Origin: an uncultured Gammaproteobacteria bacterium
Lineage (GTDB): Bacteria; Patescibacteriota; Patescibacteriia; Magasanikbacterales; GWA2-37-8
Direction: 5' to 3'
Length of the DNA stretch: 24,194 bases
Assembly (NCBI GenBank): GCA_964359335.1
Contig: CAYHSR010000001.1
Span: 1-24,194, forward strand
Part shown: positions 6,745-14,986 of the stretch, piece by piece
Position numbering within the stretch: position 1 is the stretch's first letter
Layout: the number at the start of each line of letters is the position of its first letter
Notes under the pieces: generated by a model
The model's database searches: none
Seen by the model: the letters and a program-made list of their open reading frames with translations, nothing else
Told to the model about the DNA's origin: nothing
Position numbers and translations under genes: made by a program

Positions 6745-8802
6745 ATGAATCCTATCCAAAAAAAGACCAAATCCCTGACTCGTTCAAAATTACGAACTCA
6801 TATTATCGCGATTATCGCGCTGATAGTTTTATGTTTAGTATTCGTCTTACCTGGCAAAATCAATCAAGGTATTGATTGGGTTAATGCTAAGGCCAATATT
6901 GGCGTGCCTAAATTACCGGCCGCCGATTTCAATTTAGGTTTGGATTTGCAGGGTGGCGCGCACTTAATTTATCAAGCTGATATAAGTACGATTAAAGACA
7001 GTGATCGGGTGGATTCAGTTGAAGGTGTGCGGGATGTAATTGAAAGAAGAGTCCGAGGTGGATTGGGAGTGGGCGAACCGGTTGTACAGACCACTAAGGT
7101 TGGTAAGGATTATCGAGTCATAGTGGAATTGCCAGGAATTAAAGATACAAACAAAGCAATTAAGATGATCGGCGAAACGCCGACTTTAGAATTTAAAGAA
7201 GAAAGTAAAGAACCTGCCCGCGCTTTGACTTCAGTCGAGACAAAAGAGATGAATGATTTTAATAATAAAGCCAAAGATAAAGCCCAGAAGGCCTTGGATG
7301 AAATTAAAAAGGGATCGGATTTTGCTTCGGTCGTAAAAAATTTCACTGAGGACGGTGAAACGATCAAAAACAACAGCGGTTCATTAGGTTATATTGATGA
7401 TTCAGTCTATCCCGAAATTTATAACTGGGCCAGTAAGGCCAAAGATGGCGAAATTAGCAAGGATTTAGTCAAATCTACTACCGGTTATAATGTTTTAAAA
7501 AGAGCGGCGATTAAAGACAGTGGCATAGAAGTTAAGGCCAGTCATATTTTAATCTGTTATGCTGGCGCGCAACGATGCGATGCCGCTATTTATAAAACCA
7601 AAGAAGAAGCCAAAAAGAAAATTGAGGAAATTAAAAAAGAAGTGACCGTGAAAAATTTTGTCACTTTAGCCAAAAAATATTCCACTGAACCGTCAGCCGC
7701 GCAAACCGGTGGAGAATTAGGTTGGTTTAGTAAAGGGCAAATGGTCGTTGAATTTGAGAATGCCGCTTTTTCTATAGCAACTGGCACAATTTCCAATGTG
7801 GTAGAAACCTCTTTTGGCTATCATATAATTTTAAAAGAAGATCAACGATCTAAAAAGGAGTATCAAGTGGCCAGGGTGTTTACGGCCACTAAATCAGCGA
7901 CAGATATTGTGCCGGCGTCGGAACAATGGAAATCCACCGGTTTGTCCGGCAAACAGTTAAAGCGGGCGGAAGTGACTCAAGACAACCAAACAGGACAGGT
8001 TCAGGTTAGTTTAAATTTTGATGCTGAGGGTACGAAATTATTTGCCGATATTACGACTAAAAACAAAGGTAAGTTAGTCGCGATATTTTTAGATGGCCAG
8101 TCAATTAGTATTCCTCGAGTTAATGAAGCAATTTTGAGCGGTCAAGCGGTGATTAGCGGCGGTTTTACGATTAGCGAGGCGCAATTATTGGCTAGACGGC
8201 TTAATTCCGGCGCTTTACCGGTGGCCATTAAATTAATTAGCCAACAAACAGTTGACGCGACATTAGGCGCCGATTCATTACAAAAAAGTTCTTATGCCGC
8301 GTTGATTGGTTTATTGTTGGTAATTTTATTCATGATTATTTATTATCGTTTGCCCGGTGTGATTTCGGCTTTGGCCTTAGGCATTTACGCTGTATTATCG
8401 TTAGCGATTTTCAAATTAGCCGGCGTTACCTTAACACTTTCGGGCATCGCTGGATTCATCCTGTCTTTGGGTATGGCTGTTGATGCCAATGTTTTGATTT
8501 TTGAACGGCTTAAAGAAGAATTACAAGCCAAACGCAATTTACGACCTGCCATTGAAGATGCGTTTGTGCGCGCTTGGCCGTCTATTCGCGATGGTAACAT
8601 TACCACTCTTTTGAGTTGTGTCTTCTTAATTTGGTTTGGCAGTGGTTTTGTGCAGGGTTTTGCTGTCACTTTGGCGATTGGTGTTTTGGCCAGTATGTTT
8701 ACCGCGATTATCATCAGTAAAGCCATTATCCGTTTAATTAGTTATTGGACCAAAGAAGAAGGGAATTGGACGTTTTTAGGATATAAGAAAAGAATTATAT
8801 GA
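6745..8802 (+). CDS. secD: Protein translocase subunit SecD with inserted parvulin-type PPIase domains (685 aa; start moved to ATG 6745)
   Basis: LGLDLQGG, DVIERRV, VIVELPG, LARRLNSGALP, GMAVDANVLIFER and SIRDGNITT SecD motifs. The insert contains VKASHIL, GGELGWF and FGYHII parvulin motifs. Confidence 0.97.
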   Translation: MNPIQKKTKSLTRSKLRTHIIAIIALIVLCLVFVLPGKINQGIDWVNAKANIGVPKLPAADFNLGLDLQGGAHLIYQADISTIKDSDRVDSVEGVRDVIERRVRGGLGVGEPVVQTTKVGKDYRVIVELPGIKDTNKAIKMIGETPTLEFKEESKEPARALTSVETKEMNDFNNKAKDKAQKALDEIKKGSDFASVVKNFTEDGETIKNNSGSLGYIDDSVYPEIYNWASKAKDGEISKDLVKSTTGYNVLKRAAIKDSGIEVKASHILICYAGAQRCDAAIYKTKEEAKKKIEEIKKEVTVKNFVTLAKKYSTEPSAAQTGGELGWFSKGQMVVEFENAAFSIATGTISNVVETSFGYHIILKEDQRSKKEYQVARVFTATKSATDIVPASEQWKSTGLSGKQLKRAEVTQDNQTGQVQVSLNFDAEGTKLFADITTKNKGKLVAIFLDGQSISIPRVNEAILSGQAVISGGFTISEAQLLARRLNSGALPVAIKLISQQTVDATLGADSLQKSSYAALIGLLLVILFMIIYYRLPGVISALALGIYAVLSLAIFKLAGVTLTLSGIAGFILSLGMAVDANVLIFERLKEELQAKRNLRPAIEDAFVRAWPSIRDGNITTLLSCVFLIWFGSGFVQGFAVTLAIGVLASMFTAIIISKAIIRLISYWTKEEGNWTFLGYKKRII

Positions 8803-9707
8803 AACAAATTGACTTCATAAAATATAATAAAATTTGGGTAGCCTGGACTATTCTTATAACTGTTGGCGGATTAATTTTGATTTTTACTCTTGGTTTAAAG
8901 CCAGGCATCGATTTTACCGGTGGGTCATTGTTGGAATTAAGCTTTAGTCAAAGTCGTCCGGATAATAATGCCATCAATCAAATTTTGGTAAAAAATAATT
9001 TAAAAGAAAACACAATTCAAAAAAGCGGTGATAATGATATTATCGTTCGCACTAATTTTTTGAGTGAAGTTCAGCACCAAAAGGTTTTGGGAGATTTTAA
9101 AAAAGAATTTACCAAAAATAACAACAAGATTACTGAAAGCCGTTTTGAAACCATTGGCGCGGCAGTGAGCCAGCAGTTAAGGAACCGAGCAATCTGGGCG
9201 ATTGTGTTTGTGGTTTTGTCTATTGTTATTTATGTCGCCTATGCTTTTCGCAAGGTATCTCGGCCGGTTGCCAGTTGGAAATATGGCGTGATATCAATAG
9301 TGGCCGTATTACATGATATTTTATTGGTTTTAGGCGTGTTCGCGATTTTGGGAAAATTTGGCGGTGTGGAAGTAAGTATCGCAATTGTTGTGGCATTGCT
9401 AACCATTTTAGGTTATTCTATCAATGACACTATTGTCGTTTTTGATCGCATTAGGGAAAATTTACTTAAAACTCGCTGGGATAATTTTGGCGAAGTAGTT
9501 AATAATGGCTTAAATCAGACTTTAATGCGTTCTTTAAATACTACTTTAACTACCTTATTGCCGCTATTTGCTTTATATTTTGCCGGCGGAGCGACTATTC
9601 ATTATTTCAGTTTGGCTTTGCTGATTGGTATTGCCAGCGGCGCTTATTCTTCTATTTTTATTGCCAGTCCGTTATTGGTTATAGTGGAGAAGTGGGGTAG
9701 TAGATAA
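8799..9707 (+). CDS. secF: Protein translocase subunit SecF
   Basis: GIDFTGGSLLE, HDILL, GYSINDTIVVFDRIRE, RSLNTTLTT and YSSIFIASPLL; ATGA overlap with the secD stop. Confidence 0.98.
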   Translation: MKQIDFIKYNKIWVAWTILITVGGLILIFTLGLKPGIDFTGGSLLELSFSQSRPDNNAINQILVKNNLKENTIQKSGDNDIIVRTNFLSEVQHQKVLGDFKKEFTKNNNKITESRFETIGAAVSQQLRNRAIWAIVFVVLSIVIYVAYAFRKVSRPVASWKYGVISIVAVLHDILLVLGVFAILGKFGGVEVSIAIVVALLTILGYSINDTIVVFDRIRENLLKTRWDNFGEVVNNGLNQTLMRSLNTTLTTLLPLFALYFAGGATIHYFSLALLIGIASGAYSSIFIASPLLVIVEKWGSR

Positions 9708-9724
9708 ATTAATTAAAAATAAAG

Positions 9725-9761
9725 AAATCCCGCTACATATTTTGTCGAGCTGGATTTTTTT
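9725..9761 (+). terminator. Imperfect intrinsic terminator after secF
   Basis: AAATCC...GGATTT outer stem with an imperfect inner stem, then a T7 tract. Confidence 0.45.
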
Positions 9762-9794
9762 GTAACATTTTATCTCTTTTTACGTCTACTATAG

Positions 9795-9800
9795 TATAAT
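9795..9800 (+). promoter_or_regulatory. -10 element upstream of the ABC transporter (no clear -35)
   Basis: Perfect TATAAT 40 nt before ATG 9841. Confidence 0.4.
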
Positions 9801-9819
9801 TTTGGATTTTCGTGAGTCC

Positions 9820-9840
9820 AAAACCCTTTTTGGGTTTTTT
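9820..9840 (+). other. Hairpin with T tail abutting the ABC transporter start codon
   Basis: AAAACCC-TTTTT-GGGTTTT then TT then ATG. Confidence 0.55.
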
Positions 9841-11601
9841 ATGAAATATAGAGCTAATGACACCATTAAGATTTATTGGCAACACCTTAAAAAATATAAG
9901 GTGATGTTTTTTGCGTGTTTAATCGCCATAACCGGCGCTGCCGTTACCAGTTTAATAATTCCTCTTTATTTTAAAAAGTTTTTTGATTTATTAACTCAAA
10001 CTTTATATTCCGGCGATATTTTTTCCGCTCTCTTTGGTATTTTGTTGATTATATTAGTGTTGTGGATTATTGAATGGGCTTTTTGGCGTATCGCTATTTT
10101 CTCCGCGGTAGATTATGAGGCCGAAATGATGGCTGATTTAGACAACACTTGTTTTAGATACTTGCATAAACATTCCATTTCTTATTTTGATAATAATTTT
10201 GTCGGGTCATTGGTCAAAAGAATCAATCGTTTTGTTAACGCTTTTTCCAACATTGCCGATACCATTACTTGGAATTTATGGAATTTGATTATCCACATAA
10301 TTTTTATCAGCGTTGTATTATTTACAAAAAATATTGTTTTAGGCGTGGCCGTGTTGATTTGGACAGGATTATTTTTGTTGGTCAATGGCATTTTCACAAA
10401 ATATAAATTAAAGTACGATGTAAAACGCAGCGAAGCCGATACAAAAATCAGTCAGCTTTTAGCCGATACGATTACAAATCACAACAACGTTAAATTGTTT
10501 AACGGTTTTCGACGCGAGGTAAAATTTTTTTCCGAGGTGGTATTTAATGCCAAGCGATTGCGTAAATTTACTTGGACGTTGGATAATATTTTTGAAGCGG
10601 TTCAGGGTCTATTGACCACCGGTTTGGAGTTTGGAATAATTTACATCGGGCTTATTTTGTGGAAAAAAGGGTTATTTACCGTCGGTGATTTTGTCTTATT
10701 ACAGGCGTATGCCTTAACTTTAGTGATGAAGGTTTGGGATTTTGGCCGGGTGATTCGTAATATTTACGAGAATTTGGCTGATGCCGAAGAAATGACGGAA
10801 ATTTTAATGACTCCGCACGAAATCGTTGATAAAAAGAACGCCAAAGAATTGTTAGTGTTAAGAGGCGAGGTTAAGTTTGATGGGGTGACATTTTGTTACC
10901 AGCAGACCCGCTGTGTTTTGAAGAAATTTAATTTGCAAATTAAATCCGGCGAAAAAGTGGCTTTAGTTGGACCGTCCGGCGCAGGTAAGACGACGATTGT
11001 TAAATTGCTTTTGCGAATGTATGATGTTACCGGTGGAAAAATTTTAATTGATGGACAAAAAATAAAAGATATGACTCAAGAATCGCTTTGGAAAAGCATT
11101 TCTATGGTACCGCAAGATCCGATTTTATTTCACCGCAGTTTGTTGGATAATATTCGGTATGGCAGATCCGAGGCCACGGACGAAGAAGTGTTTGCGGCCG
11201 CTAAATTAGCCCATTGTCACGAATTTATTAATGATTTTCCGGAAAAATACGAGACCAAAGTTGGTGAGCGTGGAGTAAAATTATCCGGCGGGGAACGGCA
11301 GCGTGTAGCCATCGCGCGGGCAATCTTGCGCGGCGCGCCGATTTTGGTGTTGGATGAAGCCACCTCCAGTTTGGATTCGGAATCGGAAATGCTAATTCAA
11401 CAGGCCATGGATAACTTAATGAAAAATAAAACCGTAATCATCGTCGCTCATCGTTTATCAACTGTTATGAAGGTTGATCGGATTTTAGTGATTGATCAAG
11501 GCGGAATTGTGGAAGAAGGGACACATCAACAATTACTGAAAAAGCGTTTAGGAATTTATCGCAAGTTATGGCAGATTCAAGCGGGTGGGTTTATCCAGTA
11601 A
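9841..11601 (+). CDS. ABC exporter, fused TMD-NBD half transporter (MsbA/MdlB-like type IV; 586 aa; start moved to ATG 9841)
   Basis: Hydrophobic TMD, GPSGAGKT Walker A, Q-loop VPQD, LSGGERQR signature, ILVLDEATSSLD Walker B, and VAHRLST H-loop. Confidence 0.95.
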   Translation: MKYRANDTIKIYWQHLKKYKVMFFACLIAITGAAVTSLIIPLYFKKFFDLLTQTLYSGDIFSALFGILLIILVLWIIEWAFWRIAIFSAVDYEAEMMADLDNTCFRYLHKHSISYFDNNFVGSLVKRINRFVNAFSNIADTITWNLWNLIIHIIFISVVLFTKNIVLGVAVLIWTGLFLLVNGIFTKYKLKYDVKRSEADTKISQLLADTITNHNNVKLFNGFRREVKFFSEVVFNAKRLRKFTWTLDNIFEAVQGLLTTGLEFGIIYIGLILWKKGLFTVGDFVLLQAYALTLVMKVWDFGRVIRNIYENLADAEEMTEILMTPHEIVDKKNAKELLVLRGEVKFDGVTFCYQQTRCVLKKFNLQIKSGEKVALVGPSGAGKTTIVKLLLRMYDVTGGKILIDGQKIKDMTQESLWKSISMVPQDPILFHRSLLDNIRYGRSEATDEEVFAAAKLAHCHEFINDFPEKYETKVGERGVKLSGGERQRVAIARAILRGAPILVLDEATSSLDSESEMLIQQAMDNLMKNKTVIIVAHRLSTVMKVDRILVIDQGGIVEEGTHQQLLKKRLGIYRKLWQIQAGGFIQ

Positions 11602-11612
11602 TAAAATCGGAT

Positions 11613-11641
11613 TTGATATTAAAATATATTTGGGTTATAAT
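11613..11641 (+). promoter_or_regulatory. Sigma70 promoter for the helicase-nuclease gene
   Basis: TTGATA (11613-11618), 17 nt, TATAAT (11636-11641). Confidence 0.75.
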
Positions 11642-11642
11642 T

Positions 11643-11670
11643 AAAGCACTCCACCTTAAGGAGTGTTTTT
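11643..11670 (+). terminator. Intrinsic terminator-like hairpin between the ABC and helicase genes
   Basis: AAAGCACTCC-ACCTTAA-GGAGTGTTTT (one G-U pair) ending in a T run. Confidence 0.6.
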
Positions 11671-11680
11671 GGTTAAAATT

Positions 11681-14647
11681 ATGTACAAACTCAACGCCCA
11701 ACAAAAACAAGCCGTAGAATACATTGCTGGACCATTGATTATTGTGGCTGGAGCCGGAACTGGCAAAACAACTGTGATTACCCGTAAAATCGCTTATTTG
11801 TTAGAAAAGAAATTGGCCTTACCGGAAAATATTTTGGCTTTGGCTTTTAACGATAAGGCCGCGCAAGAGATTCAAGAGCGAGTTGATGAACTGGCTGAAA
11901 TTGGTTACGCGGAGACGCAAATTTCCACTTTTCATGGTTTTTGCCAGCGCTTGCTGGAAGATTACGGATTGGATATTGGCTTGCCTAATAGTTTTAAACT
12001 TCTCACCCCAACCGATGCCTGGTTATTGATTAGAAAACATTTAGCTGAATTTAATTTGGATTATTATCATCCATTAGGTAATCCGACCAAGCATATTCAC
12101 CAACTGATCAGTCATTTTTCCAAATGCAAAGACGAAATGATCTCGCCGGAAGAATATTTAGAATACGCGATAAATCTTAAATTAGATAAAGACGACACTA
12201 ATATAGACGAAAAAAGCCGTTTAACTGAAGTAGCTAACGCTTATCACACCTACAACCAACTTTTATTGGCTAATAATTCTTTGGATTTTTGCGATTTGAT
12301 TTATTACACTGTTAAATTGTTGAAAAAAAGACCAAAAATTTTGGATGAATTACAAAAGAAATTTAAATATATTTTAGTGGATGAATTTCAGGATGTTAAT
12401 TACGCGCAATATGAACTGGTGCGGTTGTTAGCCTGTAATGTACAATTAACGGTGGTGGGGGATGATGATCAAAGTATTTACGCTTTTCGCGGGGCATCGG
12501 TGTCTAATATTATGCGATTTAAAGATGATTATTCTCAGGCCAAAGAAATCGTCTTGAATCAAAATTACCGTTCCGGTCAAAAAATATTGGATACCGCTTA
12601 TAGTTCCATTAGAAATAACAACCCGGATCGTTTGGAAGAAAAATTGAAAATAGATAAAAAATTAAAATCAAATTTTGAATCTTCCGGAGTAGTGATTCAT
12701 ATTCATAAACCCACGTTAGATTTGGAAGCGCAGGCTGTTATTGAGGAAATCGTTCGACTGAAAAATGAGGATAAAACGGCGGTTTGGGATGATTTCGTTA
12801 TCTTAGTGCGAGCTAATAATCATGCCGGGCCATTTATCAACTATTTGGAAAATTATAAAATTCCCTATGAATTTTTGGCTTCCGCCGGTCTATATCGCCA
12901 GCCAATTGTTTTGGATTGTTTGAATTTTTTTAAGATTTTAGACGCTCACCATGAATCAGCCGCCATTTATCGCCTGCTAAAATTACCTTTTTTAAATTTT
13001 ACGGACAGTGATTCGCAAAAATTCATTTATAACTGCAAACGGCGAGCAATTTTTTATTATGACGGCTTGAAACGTTATCAAGAATTTGGTCTAAGCGAGA
13101 AAGGCGCGGTAGTGTGCAATAAGTTATTATCCCTAATTCACGATGGAATGAAACAGGCCAAAGACGAAAAACCCAGCCGAATTTTATATGATTTTTTGGT
13201 TGCGAGCGGTTATTTAAAATACTTAACTCACGAGGAAGATGTCGGCAATAGATTAGTGATCAGACAGATTTATCAGCTGAACCAATTTTTTAATTTAATA
13301 AAAAAATATGAAGAGAATATCGCCGATGCCAAAGTCACTGACTTTATAGAACAATTTACCTATTTAATTGAGTCCGGCGATGAAGGCGCTCTATTCCAAC
13401 TAACTGATACTCCGGACTCGGTTAATATTATCACTGTTCACAAAGCCAAAGGTTTGGAATATAAATATGTTTTTGTGGTTAATTTAGTTGAAGAGCGGTT
13501 CCCGACCCGTCGACGGTCTGAAGGGATTGCCATACCTAATGAATTAATTAGAGAACAATTACCGGCAGGAGACAGTCATATTCAAGAAGAACGACGGTTA
13601 TTTTATGTGGCCGCGACTAGAGCCAAAGAACGCTTATATTTGACTTCGGCCGCGAATTATGGCGGAAGCCGATCAAAAAAAATCAGTAGATTTTTAGACG
13701 AATTGGGTTTTGCGGTCAGCGCAACCCAGTCTGTCATTCCCGCGCATCCGCCTCTGGCGGAGGGAATCCAGTCATTATCGGTTAATGGGAATTTAAATAA
13801 TCATAAAGGAATTCTTGATGACAATAAGAGTAAATTTATTTATAAAATTCCGGCCTCATTTTCTTTCTCGCAAATAAAATCTTACAACACCTGTCCTTAT
13901 CAATACAAATTAGCCAATATTATAAAACTACCGCCCAAACAGTCGCGCCATTTTAGTTTTGGCAATAGTATACACCATACTTTGCAGGAATTTTATCGGC
14001 GGCTACAGGAATTAAATATGGTCAAACAGGGTGATTTATTTGGCATTCATGAAAATAATGATTTGAAAAAAATGGCAATTAAGACGCCTGATTTGGACGA
14101 ACTGTTAAGAATATACGAGAAAAAATGGATCGGGGATTGGTATATATCCAAAATACAGCGAGAAGAATATTTTGCGCAGGGTAAAAAGATGTTGAAAATA
14201 TTTTACGAAACAAATCAAGACAACTGGACCATTCCGGTGGCTTTAGAAAGTGGTTTTAAAATAAAGATCGGGGAGCATTATCTAACTGGCAGGTTTGATC
14301 GAGTTGACAAGCTACCGGACGGGACTATTGAAATTATTGATTATAAAACCGGCCGTGGCCAAGAGAAAGCGCAAGGCGAAGAAAAAGAACAGCTTACATT
14401 GTATCAGATTGCCGCCGGAAAATTGCCAACCTATACTAATTTTGGTTCTGTCTCCAAACTTACTTTGTATTATGTTAAAGATGATTTAAAGACCTCGTTT
14501 TTAGCGAAGGAAAAAGACTTAATCAGAGTGGAAAATAAAATCATTAAAATCATCGACAAAATTAAAACCGGAAATTTTACAGCCACGCCAGAGAAGCATA
14601 CATGCCAAAATTGTCAGTTTAGAGATGTTTGCGAATACCGAGAATAA
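11681..14647 (+). CDS. UvrD/PcrA-family SF1A helicase fused to a C-terminal PD-(D/E)XK nuclease with a 4-Cys Fe-S staple (AdnA/B- or AddA/B-like; 988 aa; start moved to ATG 11681)
   Basis: AGAGTGKT, DEFQD, VGDDDQSIYAFRG, NYRS, TVHKAKGLEY and EERRLFYVAATRAK helicase motifs. Nuclease GRFDRVD...IIDYKTG; Cys in TCPYQY plus CQNCQFRDVC. Confidence 0.93.
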   Translation: MYKLNAQQKQAVEYIAGPLIIVAGAGTGKTTVITRKIAYLLEKKLALPENILALAFNDKAAQEIQERVDELAEIGYAETQISTFHGFCQRLLEDYGLDIGLPNSFKLLTPTDAWLLIRKHLAEFNLDYYHPLGNPTKHIHQLISHFSKCKDEMISPEEYLEYAINLKLDKDDTNIDEKSRLTEVANAYHTYNQLLLANNSLDFCDLIYYTVKLLKKRPKILDELQKKFKYILVDEFQDVNYAQYELVRLLACNVQLTVVGDDDQSIYAFRGASVSNIMRFKDDYSQAKEIVLNQNYRSGQKILDTAYSSIRNNNPDRLEEKLKIDKKLKSNFESSGVVIHIHKPTLDLEAQAVIEEIVRLKNEDKTAVWDDFVILVRANNHAGPFINYLENYKIPYEFLASAGLYRQPIVLDCLNFFKILDAHHESAAIYRLLKLPFLNFTDSDSQKFIYNCKRRAIFYYDGLKRYQEFGLSEKGAVVCNKLLSLIHDGMKQAKDEKPSRILYDFLVASGYLKYLTHEEDVGNRLVIRQIYQLNQFFNLIKKYEENIADAKVTDFIEQFTYLIESGDEGALFQLTDTPDSVNIITVHKAKGLEYKYVFVVNLVEERFPTRRRSEGIAIPNELIREQLPAGDSHIQEERRLFYVAATRAKERLYLTSAANYGGSRSKKISRFLDELGFAVSATQSVIPAHPPLAEGIQSLSVNGNLNNHKGILDDNKSKFIYKIPASFSFSQIKSYNTCPYQYKLANIIKLPPKQSRHFSFGNSIHHTLQEFYRRLQELNMVKQGDLFGIHENNDLKKMAIKTPDLDELLRIYEKKWIGDWYISKIQREEYFAQGKKMLKIFYETNQDNWTIPVALESGFKIKIGEHYLTGRFDRVDKLPDGTIEIIDYKTGRGQEKAQGEEKEQLTLYQIAAGKLPTYTNFGSVSKLTLYYVKDDLKTSFLAKEKDLIRVENKIIKIIDKIKTGNFTATPEKHTCQNCQFRDVCEYRE
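13733..13771. repeat. Nested palindromic (REP/dRS3-like) element in frame in the helicase-nuclease linker
   Basis: GTCATTCCCGCGC-ATCCGCCTCTGGCGGA-GGGAATCCAG; outer stem ATTCCC/GGGAAT, inner stem TCCGCC/GGCGGA; encodes VIPAHPPLAEGIQ. Confidence 0.75.
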
Positions 14648-14652
14648 ATTAT

Positions 14653-14943
14653 ATGCAAAGTATATCCGCTTTAATTCAAAAGAAACAAAATCTTTCGCCA
14701 TTATGGAAAGGCGTGGAAGCGTCTTTGATCGTGGAAAAAGCCAATGAAATCTTAATTGATTTTTTAGGCGCCGAAGCCCAAAATCAAGCGCGGGCGGTTT
14801 ATTATAAAAATAAAGTTTTAACATTGGCTTGCCTAAGTTCCGTGTGCGCGCAAGAAATTCGGTTGTCAGAGAAGCAGATTAGAGAAAAGATTAATCAAAT
14901 TTTTGGCTCAGATACAGTGGAAAAATTAAGATATTTGGATTAA
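14653..14943 (+). CDS. DUF721/DciA-like small protein (96 aa; start moved to ATG 14653)
   Basis: Size and the pattern YKNKVLTLACLSSVCAQEIRLSEKQIREKIN...TVEKLRY resemble the DUF721 KH-like domain; recognised by pattern only. Confidence 0.7.
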   Translation: MQSISALIQKKQNLSPLWKGVEASLIVEKANEILIDFLGAEAQNQARAVYYKNKVLTLACLSSVCAQEIRLSEKQIREKINQIFGSDTVEKLRYLD

Positions 14944-14951
14944 ATTTTAGG

Positions 14952-14980
14952 TTGCAAAAAAAGGGAAAAAGTGCTAATCT
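14952..14980 (+). promoter_or_regulatory. Sigma70 promoter (extended -10), probably leaderless, for the membrane protein-mreBCD-mrdA operon
   Basis: TTGCAA (14952-14957), 17 nt, TGc plus TAATCT (14975-14980); the ATG begins 7 nt after the -10. Confidence 0.65.
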
Positions 14981-14986
14981 TACTTT

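Noticed and set aside
9708-9840. Longest intergenic regions (9708-9840 and 19807-19919) as a tRNA, riboswitch or ncRNA
   Set aside because: No cloverleaf, T-box or riboswitch consensus is visible; the space is accounted for by promoters and short hairpins.
11681-14647. Cas4-like nuclease domain as evidence of a CRISPR or defence system
   Set aside because: It is fused to a UvrD helicase in a housekeeping context, with no cas genes or arrays; DNA repair is the simpler explanation.
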